DNA of 64,000 bases from Lama glama (lineage: Eukaryota): positions 43,960,001 through 44,024,000 of the forward strand of contig CM052816.1 of NCBI GenBank assembly GCA_028534125.1. Reading direction: 5' to 3'. The position numbers and the translations under genes were made by a program. This document shows, one piece after another, positions 52,784 through 64,000 of this stretch. The notes beneath the pieces are model-generated. The model was not told where the DNA came from. It made no database searches and saw only the letters and a list, made by a program, of their open reading frames with translations. Each line of letters starts with the position of its first letter. Position 1 is the first letter of the stretch.

Positions 52784-52846
52784 TCAAGGTCAATTTCAGG
52801 TGAAAAGGGGGTCATCTAGAGGTCACTCCAGCTCCCATGCAGGTCA
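52784..52846 (+). promoter_or_regulatory. Candidate compound nuclear-receptor element (chained DR5s, RARE-like)
   Basis: AGGTCA atttc AGGTGA aaagg GGGTCA tctag AGGTCA (52787-52825), plus AGGTCA at 52841-52846. Motif evidence only. Confidence 0.5.
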
Positions 52847-55529
52847 ATAACGCCTCTGCACTTCCACAGCAGACAAGCCGCTCACACCCAATCAATCCAC
52901 CAAGGCTGCGCTGCACCCAGCGTAATGAACAGTGAATAAATGTAGCCTATCATCACAACATGCTTTTTAAGTACCTTTCCTTTTCATGTAAAACCTCTGG
53001 CTGTCAAATTCTACATTCACTCATCCAGCAGTGAGTAGCAAAAGTGAGAAATCAGACTCTCATTGGGGTTGGTAAAAGGTCACAGCTGACAGACAAGGAG
53101 GTTAAACTGCCGAGTTAAAATACTGTTCATTACCCACTGCAGCTTTTTGCTAACTACACTTCTTTGTGTTAGAGTCAAGCAGTACATCAATATGCCCCTC
53201 CTCCTAATTTATTAGCAATTGTTGAATTGTATGAGGTGGGCGCGAAAAGGGAAATTGATGTCTTATAGGTGGCATATATATGTATAAATTCTTTTGCTTT
53301 TGCCAACTTCGAATTCCTTATCTATTTTCATCCTCAGTATCCTATCCAGCATTGTGTCTACTTGAGGTGCACCCTGATTCTTGGGGAAGCATGATGTCTA
53401 AGAACAGAAGAGACTGAGTGATCTGAATTTCAAAGGCCCAGGGTCAGTTGTTGGGAGACTTTTTTTTTAATTTAGATTTTTTTCTTAAAAGAATTGTGTA
53501 AAACATTGTTTTTTTTTCAGTCAAAATTTTGATATAGGAAACTATAATTTACACCAAATTATGCAAAAAATGCATGTTAAATATACACAATGTTTCAAAA
53601 TATGATTTATTAAAAATTGTTAAGATAGTCTTAAGGTGACAAGATTAGCACCCATCAGACACATTATCAGTCCAGAATATAATGTTATTTTTTTTTCAGA
53701 GAAGTGTGTAATACCTGCATTTTTTTTCTTTAATTCTGATGTAGTCAAAGGAGACTTTAATAGCGGTGAGTAATCTCAGGAGTCTAAGTGGAAATAGTAC
53801 TTTTTCTGAATTCAGTTGACTAAATGAAATGGTTTGCTGTGAAACCTGAATGGCTTAGAACAGTTTTCCAAAAATGAAATTTCATTCTTTGATTAATTAG
53901 TACGTAGGTGGAATTCCCTTTATTGAAATGCAGAGGCTTTGTATTTAAAGATCCCAATATGAAAACAAGTCGTGGAGTATTATTCCACTACAAAATCACA
54001 AATCATGAATAAAATAAAGGTTTATTTACATGCTCTCTACAACAATAATTCGACTCAACAAAATTACCATTATCTATTTACATCTTTAAAAGATGCATTC
54101 TGAGATTTATTCTAGAAAAATATATCTTTTTTCCTCCCTCCTGTATGCCTTCTCTCTCGGTGGGACTGAAAATAAAATGTTATGACTTAAATCACAAGAG
54201 GCTAACATCATTTTTAGCAACAAGGGCTGCATAATTTCAAGACTATGAGTGAGTGGCTGACTTTAACTAAAATGTTTCAGTTCTCTGCGTATATAGGTAC
54301 ATAAATAATTCAGAATTAATCCCTGCAGAGGGGACAATGGGAATCGTAAATTATCCATGTGCCGTCCTCAACATTAGAGGCAATGAACCTATAGTAACAA
54401 ACTATGAGTGTTACTCATTACATACATTTCACAGACACCTTAACCTTTTGAATATTAATTTCCCTCTGCAGCTTGTAGCTAGGCAGTTTCATTTTTTTTT
54501 CTTCCACTTCTCCTGCCTTCATTTCCTTCTTTCTTTTTTCTCTTTCATGAAATCTCCCAAATCATATTTAAGCCACAGCTACTGAGTAGATGTATTGGAA
54601 TACATTGATTTGTTACAGAAAGGCTTTTTTTTTTTTAAGCTGCATGTTTTTCTGTAAAAATCCCTTAATATTACATGTAGGCCTTCTGTAGAATGTAAGG
54701 TGAGGTGTAATAGTCAGACTGTCTTTATGAAGATAAACAGGTTTGCAAATCTGGGCCAGTCTGACTCCACTCGGGTTGACAGTGTCCCTTAAATTTCAAT
54801 AATGTATACTTTTTTAAAATTAGGAAGATATTACAGAATTGTCATAATTTTTATCTGAAGATGAAAATAAAGTTAAAAGAAGTACAATAGCTCCTAATTA
54901 TAAAACTTATTAGGTCTTTGCTCAATTAGAGAGCTTATTTTAAAAAAAAGGCTTAATGAGCTATAATAATGGATATTCTCATTTTTGTCTCTAAATTACC
55001 CTCCCAGTTAAAAATATTCTGAGAAGCTTTATAACTCTTATTTTGTATGATATACAGAGTAAAGAAAGATTTCTTTCTAGTCTAATTCATTCTGTTCCAT
55101 TCCTGTCTATTAAATAAGAAAATTGAAATGTTTATTGTGAAAATTTTTTTTCATAAATAAAATTTGTAAAAAATATAATGCATCCTTGTATGAGAGGATA
55201 TACATAAATATAACACACATGCTTATGTGTATTCTATATATATATGAATTTATATGAACAGAATTATAAAATCCCACCATCCAGCTGAACAACACATACC
55301 ATGAATGGGGCCCACAGACATAGCTAGAATGACATTCAACAAAACTGTGTCAGCATCAGGCTTTTCAGCTGTTTCATCACGTCCTTCTTTGGCGTGGTCG
55401 CATGTCTTGCCCCCTCATCTTTTTCAGGTCTTTAATTACCTTTCTATACCTTCCATCAGTACCCAGTTAAACATTACAAACCTTCTGATACCAAGATCTC
55501 AGTTTTCTTTCCTTGCTTTGTTCATCTGT

Positions 55530-55692
55530 GAAGCTCTTTTAGCTCTGACATAATATATAGGGTGCTTATTTATACGCTTCTTGTCCTGGTTGGAAGTTCT
55601 TTGAGGGAAGGGAGTTGTGTTAATTTTGCTCACTGTTACACCCAGAATGCCTGAGACATAGTAGAAGCTCAATAAATATGTTGAAGAAATGA
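55530..55692 (+). mobile_element. L2 3' end
   Basis: ttttgctcactgttacacccagaatgcctgagacatagtagaagctcaataaatatgttgaagaaatgaa. Confidence 0.7.
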
Positions 55693-58600
55693 AACACAGT
55701 AGTGAATTTGAGGTGTCAAGAACAATTTGAGAATCAGTGTAGTCCCAGCATGACTGGATGATGGGTCTAATTACGACATTAATCTAAGGCAACACTGCTT
55801 TCTCTTTGTGTAGCAATACCCCTCCCCACCAGTATGTTAAGTTTGGTCATCTGCTGCCTTCAGACTCTTCCTCCAGCTGCTTTTATTAAAGTTAAAACTT
55901 CCGGTCCAAGTCTGATATCATTCATTTACAAATTATATTATTCTTGTCAATTTGTCCCATAAAATGCATTTGCCCTTTAAGCTTTATCTCATGTGATACA
56001 ATTAAAGGATTTGTTTTCTGTTGAAAAAGTTTCTAGTATAGACAATGTTTAGGTAATTTTTTTTTTCATTTTGGTTTAGTAGATTCTCAGTTTTTTGTTG
56101 TTGTTGTTTGGGTTTTTTTTTTTTTTTGATCCTCAGTTCGTATTATTTAAATTCCTATTCTTCTCACCAATATATAAGGACAGTTCTGTCTATGGTTTAT
56201 TTAAATAAACTGGAAGTTGCTTTACCACGAGCTGAGGGGAAGGGAGCACCAGGCACATGCACCCAGACACACACACATCCACACATCCACACTTTTTCAC
56301 AGAGGGCAAAACTAATTCTTAGTATATTGAATTTTGAAATTCAAATTTTGAAAAAAAAGTATTTTTTAAATTAAAAAGCCGTCAATTTAATCTAAAGTCC
56401 AAAGAGCTGTTTGAAATTACTGAAGATCTGGGTTTAGCTTTTACTTAGGTAATAGAATTTTTATTTATGAAGGAAAGCAAAGAAGCTTCACCTTGAAAAT
56501 GGGCTATCTGTTCCCAGTTTTACCCCAAGAGACAATTTAGTGGAAACTGAGTCATATTTTATCCTATAAATGTTATTTGTGTAAAATTATGATTAGGAAA
56601 TCACAATTCATGAAAATAACATGCATTCAGGTATAATCCAATTTTTATGAACAAACCATCATTGAAGCTACAGCATTTGATTAAGCTGTTACTCTGCATA
56701 TTATGTAGGCTTCTGAAAGCAAAGACCCAATAAATGAACAGCAGCCTTTCTATACCAAGTAGTATGTTATTTGAATATATCTTTTGAAATATATCCCTTT
56801 TCATAACGTAATCTTCATCCATCCCATTAGCAGAAGTGATCATCACCTAGTGAAGAATGACAGTGTTGTGAGGAATGAATCTCAGTACTCAGTGCGGTTG
56901 TTTAAGAAGAATAACATTTTAATTTTCTATTAACGAACTTAGGTTCTACTTCAGTTCTTCACTTGGAAGATAATGTCAGCCATTCAGGGTGCTCTCTACC
57001 CGTATCTGTTCATACATTTCTGGGGCTTACACAGTGGCCAACCTTGGAGCAGAGGATAAGCATTTTGCTTGTCACCATTGCCATCACCTAAACTGGCATC
57101 TGCAGGGGCATCTATTTACTTAAAGATTTTGGCTTTTGGACCAAGAACATCCCACTTGAATCCTTCCCTCATGAACCCACATGACTGCTCCTTCAGAATT
57201 GCTTTAATAACCTCTTTGATACATAAGATGTTGCAATTTTTTGCCTCTCTCTAGGGCCACAGGAAACTTCCAGCTGTTCCTCTGACTTATTAGGGTGCAG
57301 GTTGTGTTGGGGCTATATGAGTAGACACCACACTGATCCATTTTTACTCACCCTCTCCTGCACCATCCATGCTGGTTGAGAAGGTAACACCAGGGTGGCA
57401 TAGCTCTCCTAATCACTACAGTAAATGTGAGCAGGGAGCACCAATCTTTGTCCTTTGATTTTCCCAAACCCATTTGAACATGGCTCTCCCCTTGCCTTAC
57501 TTTTCTGTGATTACTCCTTGAAGAAGCAGGACATTAGATCCTGATTGTAAAACAGACTTTTAGGATAGAATTACTTATGGTACTTGTGAAAATCCTTCAT
57601 GATGCCATATGCATTTTTAGAAAAGACTATTATAGAATTGACATGTTCGCACATCCAATCAGCTATTAAGTTGGGTTATCACTGTGACTATTTGTTATCC
57701 CACAGTGAGATGGGTAATGTCTGGAGTAGGTACTTCATTTTGGAGCAGAAGAGAATAGAGCACATTCTCTTTCTGTAGGAATTAATGAGAACAAGTGGAA
57801 AAGCAGACATCTCTGCGACTTATTTCAGCATATCCTTGAAGAGTACAGAGTAGTGGGAGATGATTTCCAAGTGAGGAGACCCAACTCAGAAGAGTTTTGA
57901 GTTACAGGTTCCTAAAGGGCCAGGTTTCTATTAGTCCAGAGAAAGAAGTTTCCTTAAGTCCTATTTTTCTTGGTGGAGGTGGGGGAGGAGCACACATTTC
58001 TAGTGGTTGTCAGACTACAGTTTAGCAGGCAGACATCTACTTGTGAAATGTGAATGTTTACTTCCTTATAAAATTATCCTCATTCTGCAGAGAAAGAAAT
58101 TAGTTAACATATGCCCTGTTTCTTCACTTCCATCATTCTTCTTCCCCAGACCCTAAGTATATGGATATAGGTGCTGGGTGTCCATTTTTAATAACCTTCC
58201 TTAAAAGTTAGTTTATTAAGAGCAAAAAGAGAAGCCAGTTACAGGCAAACCTGCTATTTAGTGACATTCCATAAACAAAAGATTAATTAATGTGGTTAAA
58301 ACATCTTCTCAATGCATTTAAACTGAGTGATCTGATTGTTAGAAGTGGACCTGAAGAGGTGAAAAATTAAAGTATTATCAAATGATTAAAATGTTTATTC
58401 ACATTTAAATAAACTCCATTTCTGTGACTCGGACAACCAGGGTAATTTGGAGTATACAATGGAGACCATGTTGCCAAAAGACTCTGTGTGTGGTGTGAAA
58501 TGAACATACCAGTGTTCCAGCCATTTTCAGCTCTTTGCACACAGTACATGCTAATTAAATGCTTGCTGAACTACTTTAAAGGACCATCCCTCTCCATACT

Positions 58601-59767
58601 CATACCTGCCCACAAATTATTTCTTCCTGAAGGAATTTTAAGTCAGTTTCTATGGATGTACCATCCTTAGCAATATAGTCTACTGACTTAAAGCATGTTA
58701 ATATAATAAATAAAATAATTTAGTAATCTGCAAATACTTGGCAGAGAGTTAACATAACTAGCTATAGATGGGTTTCTCTGAAAACTGTATAAATAAATAC
58801 AAGCAGGTATGTAATGAGACTATGAAGCTGCTAAACATTGGAAGGTGGAAGTGGTGCCAGAGAGATGATAAATGATTTTTTAAAAAATGCAGAGGCTGGT
58901 GACCTCAGTGAAGTGTTTGGTTACCTCTCAATGTTGGCATGCATTATTGTTGTTCTTATTTATAGGCTAGACAATGACTTCCATCAACTACTTAAAATTT
59001 ATGTGTTCATCCTGTGAAAATGAATACCTAAATTATTCTGTTGTAGGAAAACATATACACCAATCAACTTTAACTTAATTAGATAAATAAATGGTAATGG
59101 AAGCATTGATTGCAGCCATGAAAAATACTATAGGGATTGACAGAAGTACCCTTTTATTTGCTTATAATTGATATACAAAACTCTACTCAAAAATACAAAT
59201 TATTTCTAGGCAGTGTTTTCTCCAATGCATTCTTAGTCTATTAGAAATAATAATATTACGTATAATATTAGAATAATATATTTAATGATAGTGTTATATG
59301 AAAACTTCTTAGTGAAGGTAACAAAGATGTGCTTTCTTTTGCAAATAAAAACTGTTTTTAAAAGAACTAATCTAACTTTTAAAATTTTGTAATTGTGACA
59401 TACAACCACTAGGACATTTCTAAAAATGGTATTATACTTACTACTCAATTTTTCCTTGTCTCATTTTACCCTTGAAATCTTGTAATCTACCATGATCAAA
59501 CACTGTGCCCAAGGCTATTACTTCTTTGAGATCGTATTTCAAGGAATGAACTTATAATACTATCAGACATATTATTGCTGCCAACATTTGGTAATACTGT
59601 GTAGAGAAAGGTCTAGGACTTTACTGTAGGGACTAGGCAAAACTACTGGAAAACACTGAAGTTTAGAGGCCCCAGAAGTTTAACTCATATATGAATGTAT
59701 ATATATGTACATAAGCACACACATATATGGTCATATATATGACTCCAAAAAAAAAACTTCCTAATGT

Positions 59768-59797
59768 ATACACACACACACACACATATATATATGT
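59768..59797. repeat. (CA)n(TA)n microsatellite
   Basis: tacacacacacacacacatatatatatg seen directly. Confidence 0.85.
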
Positions 59798-62700
59798 ATG
59801 ATTGTATAGTTCATTGAGTGATTCCTATGTAAAATGTCCTGTATGCAATGTACATGCCCCAAGGTACTTAAAACCCTGAAAGTTCTCTACAAATTTTAAC
59901 ACCAATAATAATCCACTATTGTTAGTGTTATAGGATAATCTACATTATAAAGTTTTTCTAAGGCTAGATTCCTGAAGGCTCCACAGGTCCTTTTAAATTT
60001 TCTTTAAAGCTCATGGATGGATTGAATGACTGAAATATCTTAAAAGTTGATGAGTCAATTAGAGAGAATCTGGTGAAGCAAAAATGTGCATCTACTCAAG
60101 ATTTTCCATAACCAGCCTTGGGTCAGAAAGTTGAAAAAGTAGCAGACATACTGACTTACTTGGGTATTTCTTCAGGATGTCATTTGGTAGATGGAAGAAA
60201 CAAAAGCTATTTATTGAGTTAATAAAGTTCCAAGATTAGATGAACTTTCAAGAAAAAAATGTGGATTAAAACAAATCCTCCAGGCTTGGATTAGGTAACA
60301 GTAACTGCCCATTTCCTTCATGGAATTAGGCTACAGGTCCCTTTATAGCAGTAATGTTAGCTTTTTAATGGTTGTATCCTTGGCATCCAGGACATAGTAG
60401 ATATTCAACTAATATCAGCTGAATTGAGAATAAATGAATGAATGAATGAAGGACTGGGAAAAAAACAATTGAAAAACTTTTTCAGTTTGTCAAGTTATAA
60501 GTACATTGTGGTTTTGCTAGCAAAACACATTCTACTATAAACATGATTGGAGAATAAAATGAATAAAGGTATAGTAAAATAAATACAATATTTGTAAATG
60601 GTAATCATTAAAATAAATATTTCCCTCAGAGGCAAGTATGAGTCAAATCAGTTGTATCCTTTCACAGTGTTGTAGTTATATGACCCTCAAATGTTTGATT
60701 TATTATAGGGGGCACTTTTTAATTTTTCTTGATCTTTAAATTTATGTTAGAATTAAACAAAGAGTACATTTTTATTCAAAAAAAAACTCTTAAGTGAACA
60801 GAAAACTATTATATGAATTTTCTGGTGAAAGAAAATGAAAAAATCTATGCTTGAGTGTTTATCTGTAGTTATGTTAAACAAGCACAAGATAATTGTGTGC
60901 TTCTAAAGAATAAATCCAGTAAGCCCACTTTACCGGCACTTACAGATTATGTGGTTTTCTTAGAGGGAAAAGAAAACCCTCATGAACCACAGTCCAATTA
61001 TTCAATTTTGCTTACTAACTATGGAAACTACTCATTTCTTGGCCTCAAGCAGTATATGATACATCTCGGAAGGGTGACACAAAATCTGTCACCATCTATG
61101 GCTCATTTTCAATGTAAATATTTTTGGAAAACAAAAATAAATAGTTTAGAAATTCCTGCATTCAAGGTGGTTGGGATACGCATCACTTCAGATATATGAA
61201 CCTTAGTTCATATCCTCCTTTTGGTAAGATTGTGGGGTAGGCTTTTCTCTTCTGGGCAGTGAAAACCACAGAAAGACAGCTATTGGAACATAGCTATAGA
61301 CATGTTTTCTCATAATAAAAGCTGATGTTAAATCTATCAATAAAATTGAATTAAATGGGGCCAATAGCTTATATTTTTAGAATTATCATTTGAGAAATGA
61401 TATCTATTTCTCTCCTATATGCCACAAAAGGGATGTTGCAGAGTAACAAATTAAAATAAAGCTCCTTCCATACCTTCTCAAAGGTCCTCTGAAGGAGCTG
61501 AAGATTCAGAGCCAAATTAAGCTCTTCAAATTATGTGTTCTAAAACAGTTTTAAAGATTATGGAGAAGATTAATGAGATGATATGTATGGCATGCTTTCC
61601 ATGTAATCATGGAATCCTGTACTAAATATAATTATTATTAAAATTTCAAACAAATTTCAGAGCAACCATCCCTTATAGGATGTGGAACTCCCAGATGCAG
61701 AGGTATTGGACAGGAGATAAAGATTTGAAAAAATGTTTCTACTCTAACTTAAATATTTTACCTAGAAAAGCTGGCCCTCATATTTATTTACAGAGCAGCT
61801 GTTCTTGACATTTTTGCTTCTTTTTTGGATAGTTCTCACTGAATTGTTTTAAGAGCTTTGTGAGGAGTTAGGAGCTTATTGACTTTACTTATGAAAATAT
61901 ATTGGTGGATTTTAAAGACAGGAATCGTAAATTATGAGACATGCTTTTTATTTAGCTTGTAGTTTACTTAGTATGAACTTAAAACAATGGTGATAGCAAA
62001 TTCCCATTTATAAAAAATAATAAATATTAGAAGTTAATATTGGAAACCATTTAAAATAAATACATTTCCAGAATTTTTGAATCAGCCTTCATATATTAGT
62101 AAAGAAACATTATTTTATGAAATCAAGAAGGGTAATATTTTGAGAATCATGTTTAATTTGAAACAATGGATCATTTTAGAGAGAGAAATATGAAGTAAGG
62201 CTAACAATATTTAAGTAATTGGAACTCAGAAGAAAATTCCTGACTGGGCATTTTTAAAACTAGGAGAGACTTAAAAAAAAAAAAAAAGTTGAGCTATCAC
62301 CAAATGAAAGAGAGGACATGGAATACTATTCTAATAACTGTATTGCCTTTTAATGATGCATTCTACAATATAGCAATAGAAGAAATTCAAGGGCTAGACT
62401 ATTAACTTGTTGAATCACATGTTTTGTAGAGTGTAATATACAATTACTTATATAATAATATGAATCAAAATGACTAGGGAAATCTTAAATAAGGAGGCAC
62501 GTATGTGCAAATTAAATCACTTAGCATTATTCTGCCTGCTAAACATTAGTTGAATTGGATTGTTAATGTTTCATCATTAGGAAATATTTTAGGTCATTTG
62601 AGGTCTTATATAACAGATAAACTATCAGTTAGATTTACTGGATAATATTCCCTTGTTATTGCCTTCCACTTCATATTTTAGGCAAAATAAAACTTACTGA

Positions 62701-62859
62701 GCTGGAGGGGTGTCATAATAGGAAATACAATAGAGAAAAATCATACTGTTAACATCATTTGGATCATAGACTAAATGAGTACAGGGTACTTTCCAGCCTC
62801 TTGTTATTTGTGTGTCCTGCATTTTATACATAAAATTTATTACAACTTAACATATTCAA

Positions 62860-62975
62860 TCTCCTCCACTAGATCGTGTACCCCAGGGGAATAAGAACTT
62901 GATCTGTTTTGTTCACGTCTGGATCCTCAGAACCTGGTATGTAGTTGAATTTGAATAAATATTTGTGGAATGAAA
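62860..62975 (+). mobile_element. L2 3' end
   Basis: ccactagatcgtgtacccc...tctgttttgttcac...aataaatatttgtggaatgaa. Confidence 0.65.
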
Positions 62976-64000
62976 TATTTGACATCAAAATTCATATAGG
63001 CACACTTGTGGAAACATGCTCTTCTATGAGTAGAAAAGATAGTGATATGAATTACTCCCAGTGTTTTCTAGTAGGATTTCTCTCTTATGCTTCCTCTTGT
63101 TGGTTTATATTTATTATTACATGTGAATGATTTCATACAAATCATTTTTTTACAAAGAAGACATAGGTACTATTCATAGGAAACTCATAGACTAGCTATG
63201 CAAAAACTAAAGTAGGAGATAGAAAAGACTCTCCAAACTAACAAGAAGTATTTTATTTTTGATAGAATTTTAGTTGGCCAATATTGGTATATGCACGAAA
63301 TTATAGCCTTATCTCTAGGATGTATGGCTCCTGGGTGTGTTAGTTCGGTAAAGACCAACTGGACAACTTTTCTTTTTAAAATAGAACCAAGGATTACATT
63401 CAATGTAGGTATTCCATGTGAGAATAAAATACTTGTTTAGATTTGAAGAAGAAGGAGAAATGCCTAAAGAAATACAAAGATTTGGGATGCTAGGTGATAA
63501 AAATCTTACTTTGATTTAAATACTTATAACATGCAAAAGATCACTTTCATATTTTAGCTCACTAACTGTATCAATGATATTTAACACTCATGTATAAATA
63601 ACCACAGACCACAGACTAATAAATGTCTTTCTAGTAGATGAATCTCTAGTATTTTATAGTATGAATCTGTTTTCTTTGCAAGCATTTAGAATGCCATCAG
63701 ATAATCCTTTTTGAACTTTTGACAGTAAGGAATGAAACTCTGTAAATTCACCATATGGCTGTGACTAAGATCATATATTCTCATCTCAACTTCACTTAAT
63801 AATTAAGAGAAAACAAACTTCTGTGACCTCGAAAAAGGTGGGCTCCTCAGGAACTCCTCTAGAATTGGTTTCATAAAATATATACCCTGCCTAACAGTAA
63901 AGGTGTAGTGTTGATTTTACTGTGTGGTAGTTTTCATTTTCTTGAAATGGTTTTGAAATTTGAAAACTTTGAATGTGCCCACAGAATGCTAACATAGTCT

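Noticed and set aside
1..64000. Prokaryotic-type systems (CRISPR arrays, operons) and the remaining short ORFs in the track
   Set aside because: The sequence is mammalian. I saw no regularly spaced repeat-spacer array, and the other ORFs are short, low-complexity or antisense to L1.

Overview
AT-rich, CpG-poor mammalian non-coding DNA (intergenic or deep intronic). A tRNA-derived SINE and the young L1 3' ends resemble camelid repeats, which is an inference from memory, not a database search. I recognise no intact protein-coding exon. Most of the explainable sequence is interspersed repeat: a ~7 kb full-length decayed L1 nested in an older L1, a 5'-inverted L1 fragment, older L1/L2/MIR pieces, MaLR, MER21-like and MER34-like LTRs, and small DNA transposons (MER20, MER91A, MADE2). 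The standout is an RPSA retrocopy (~30636-31441) that is not a normal processed pseudogene. It begins at the 5'TOP, has exons 1-4 spliced, reads through the exon-4 donor into the intron, and ends at the mature 3' end of the intronic H/ACA snoRNA SNORA62 (E2), followed by an A-rich tail. It looks like a genomic fossil of a hybrid mRNA-snoRNA transcript. Second is a repeat-free block at ~52.1-53.3 kb containing four nuclear-receptor half-sites in exact DR5 register, a candidate compound retinoic-acid response element. Third is an old LTR that has kept many CpGs and promoter motifs. Repeat subfamily names and boundaries are by eye and approximate.
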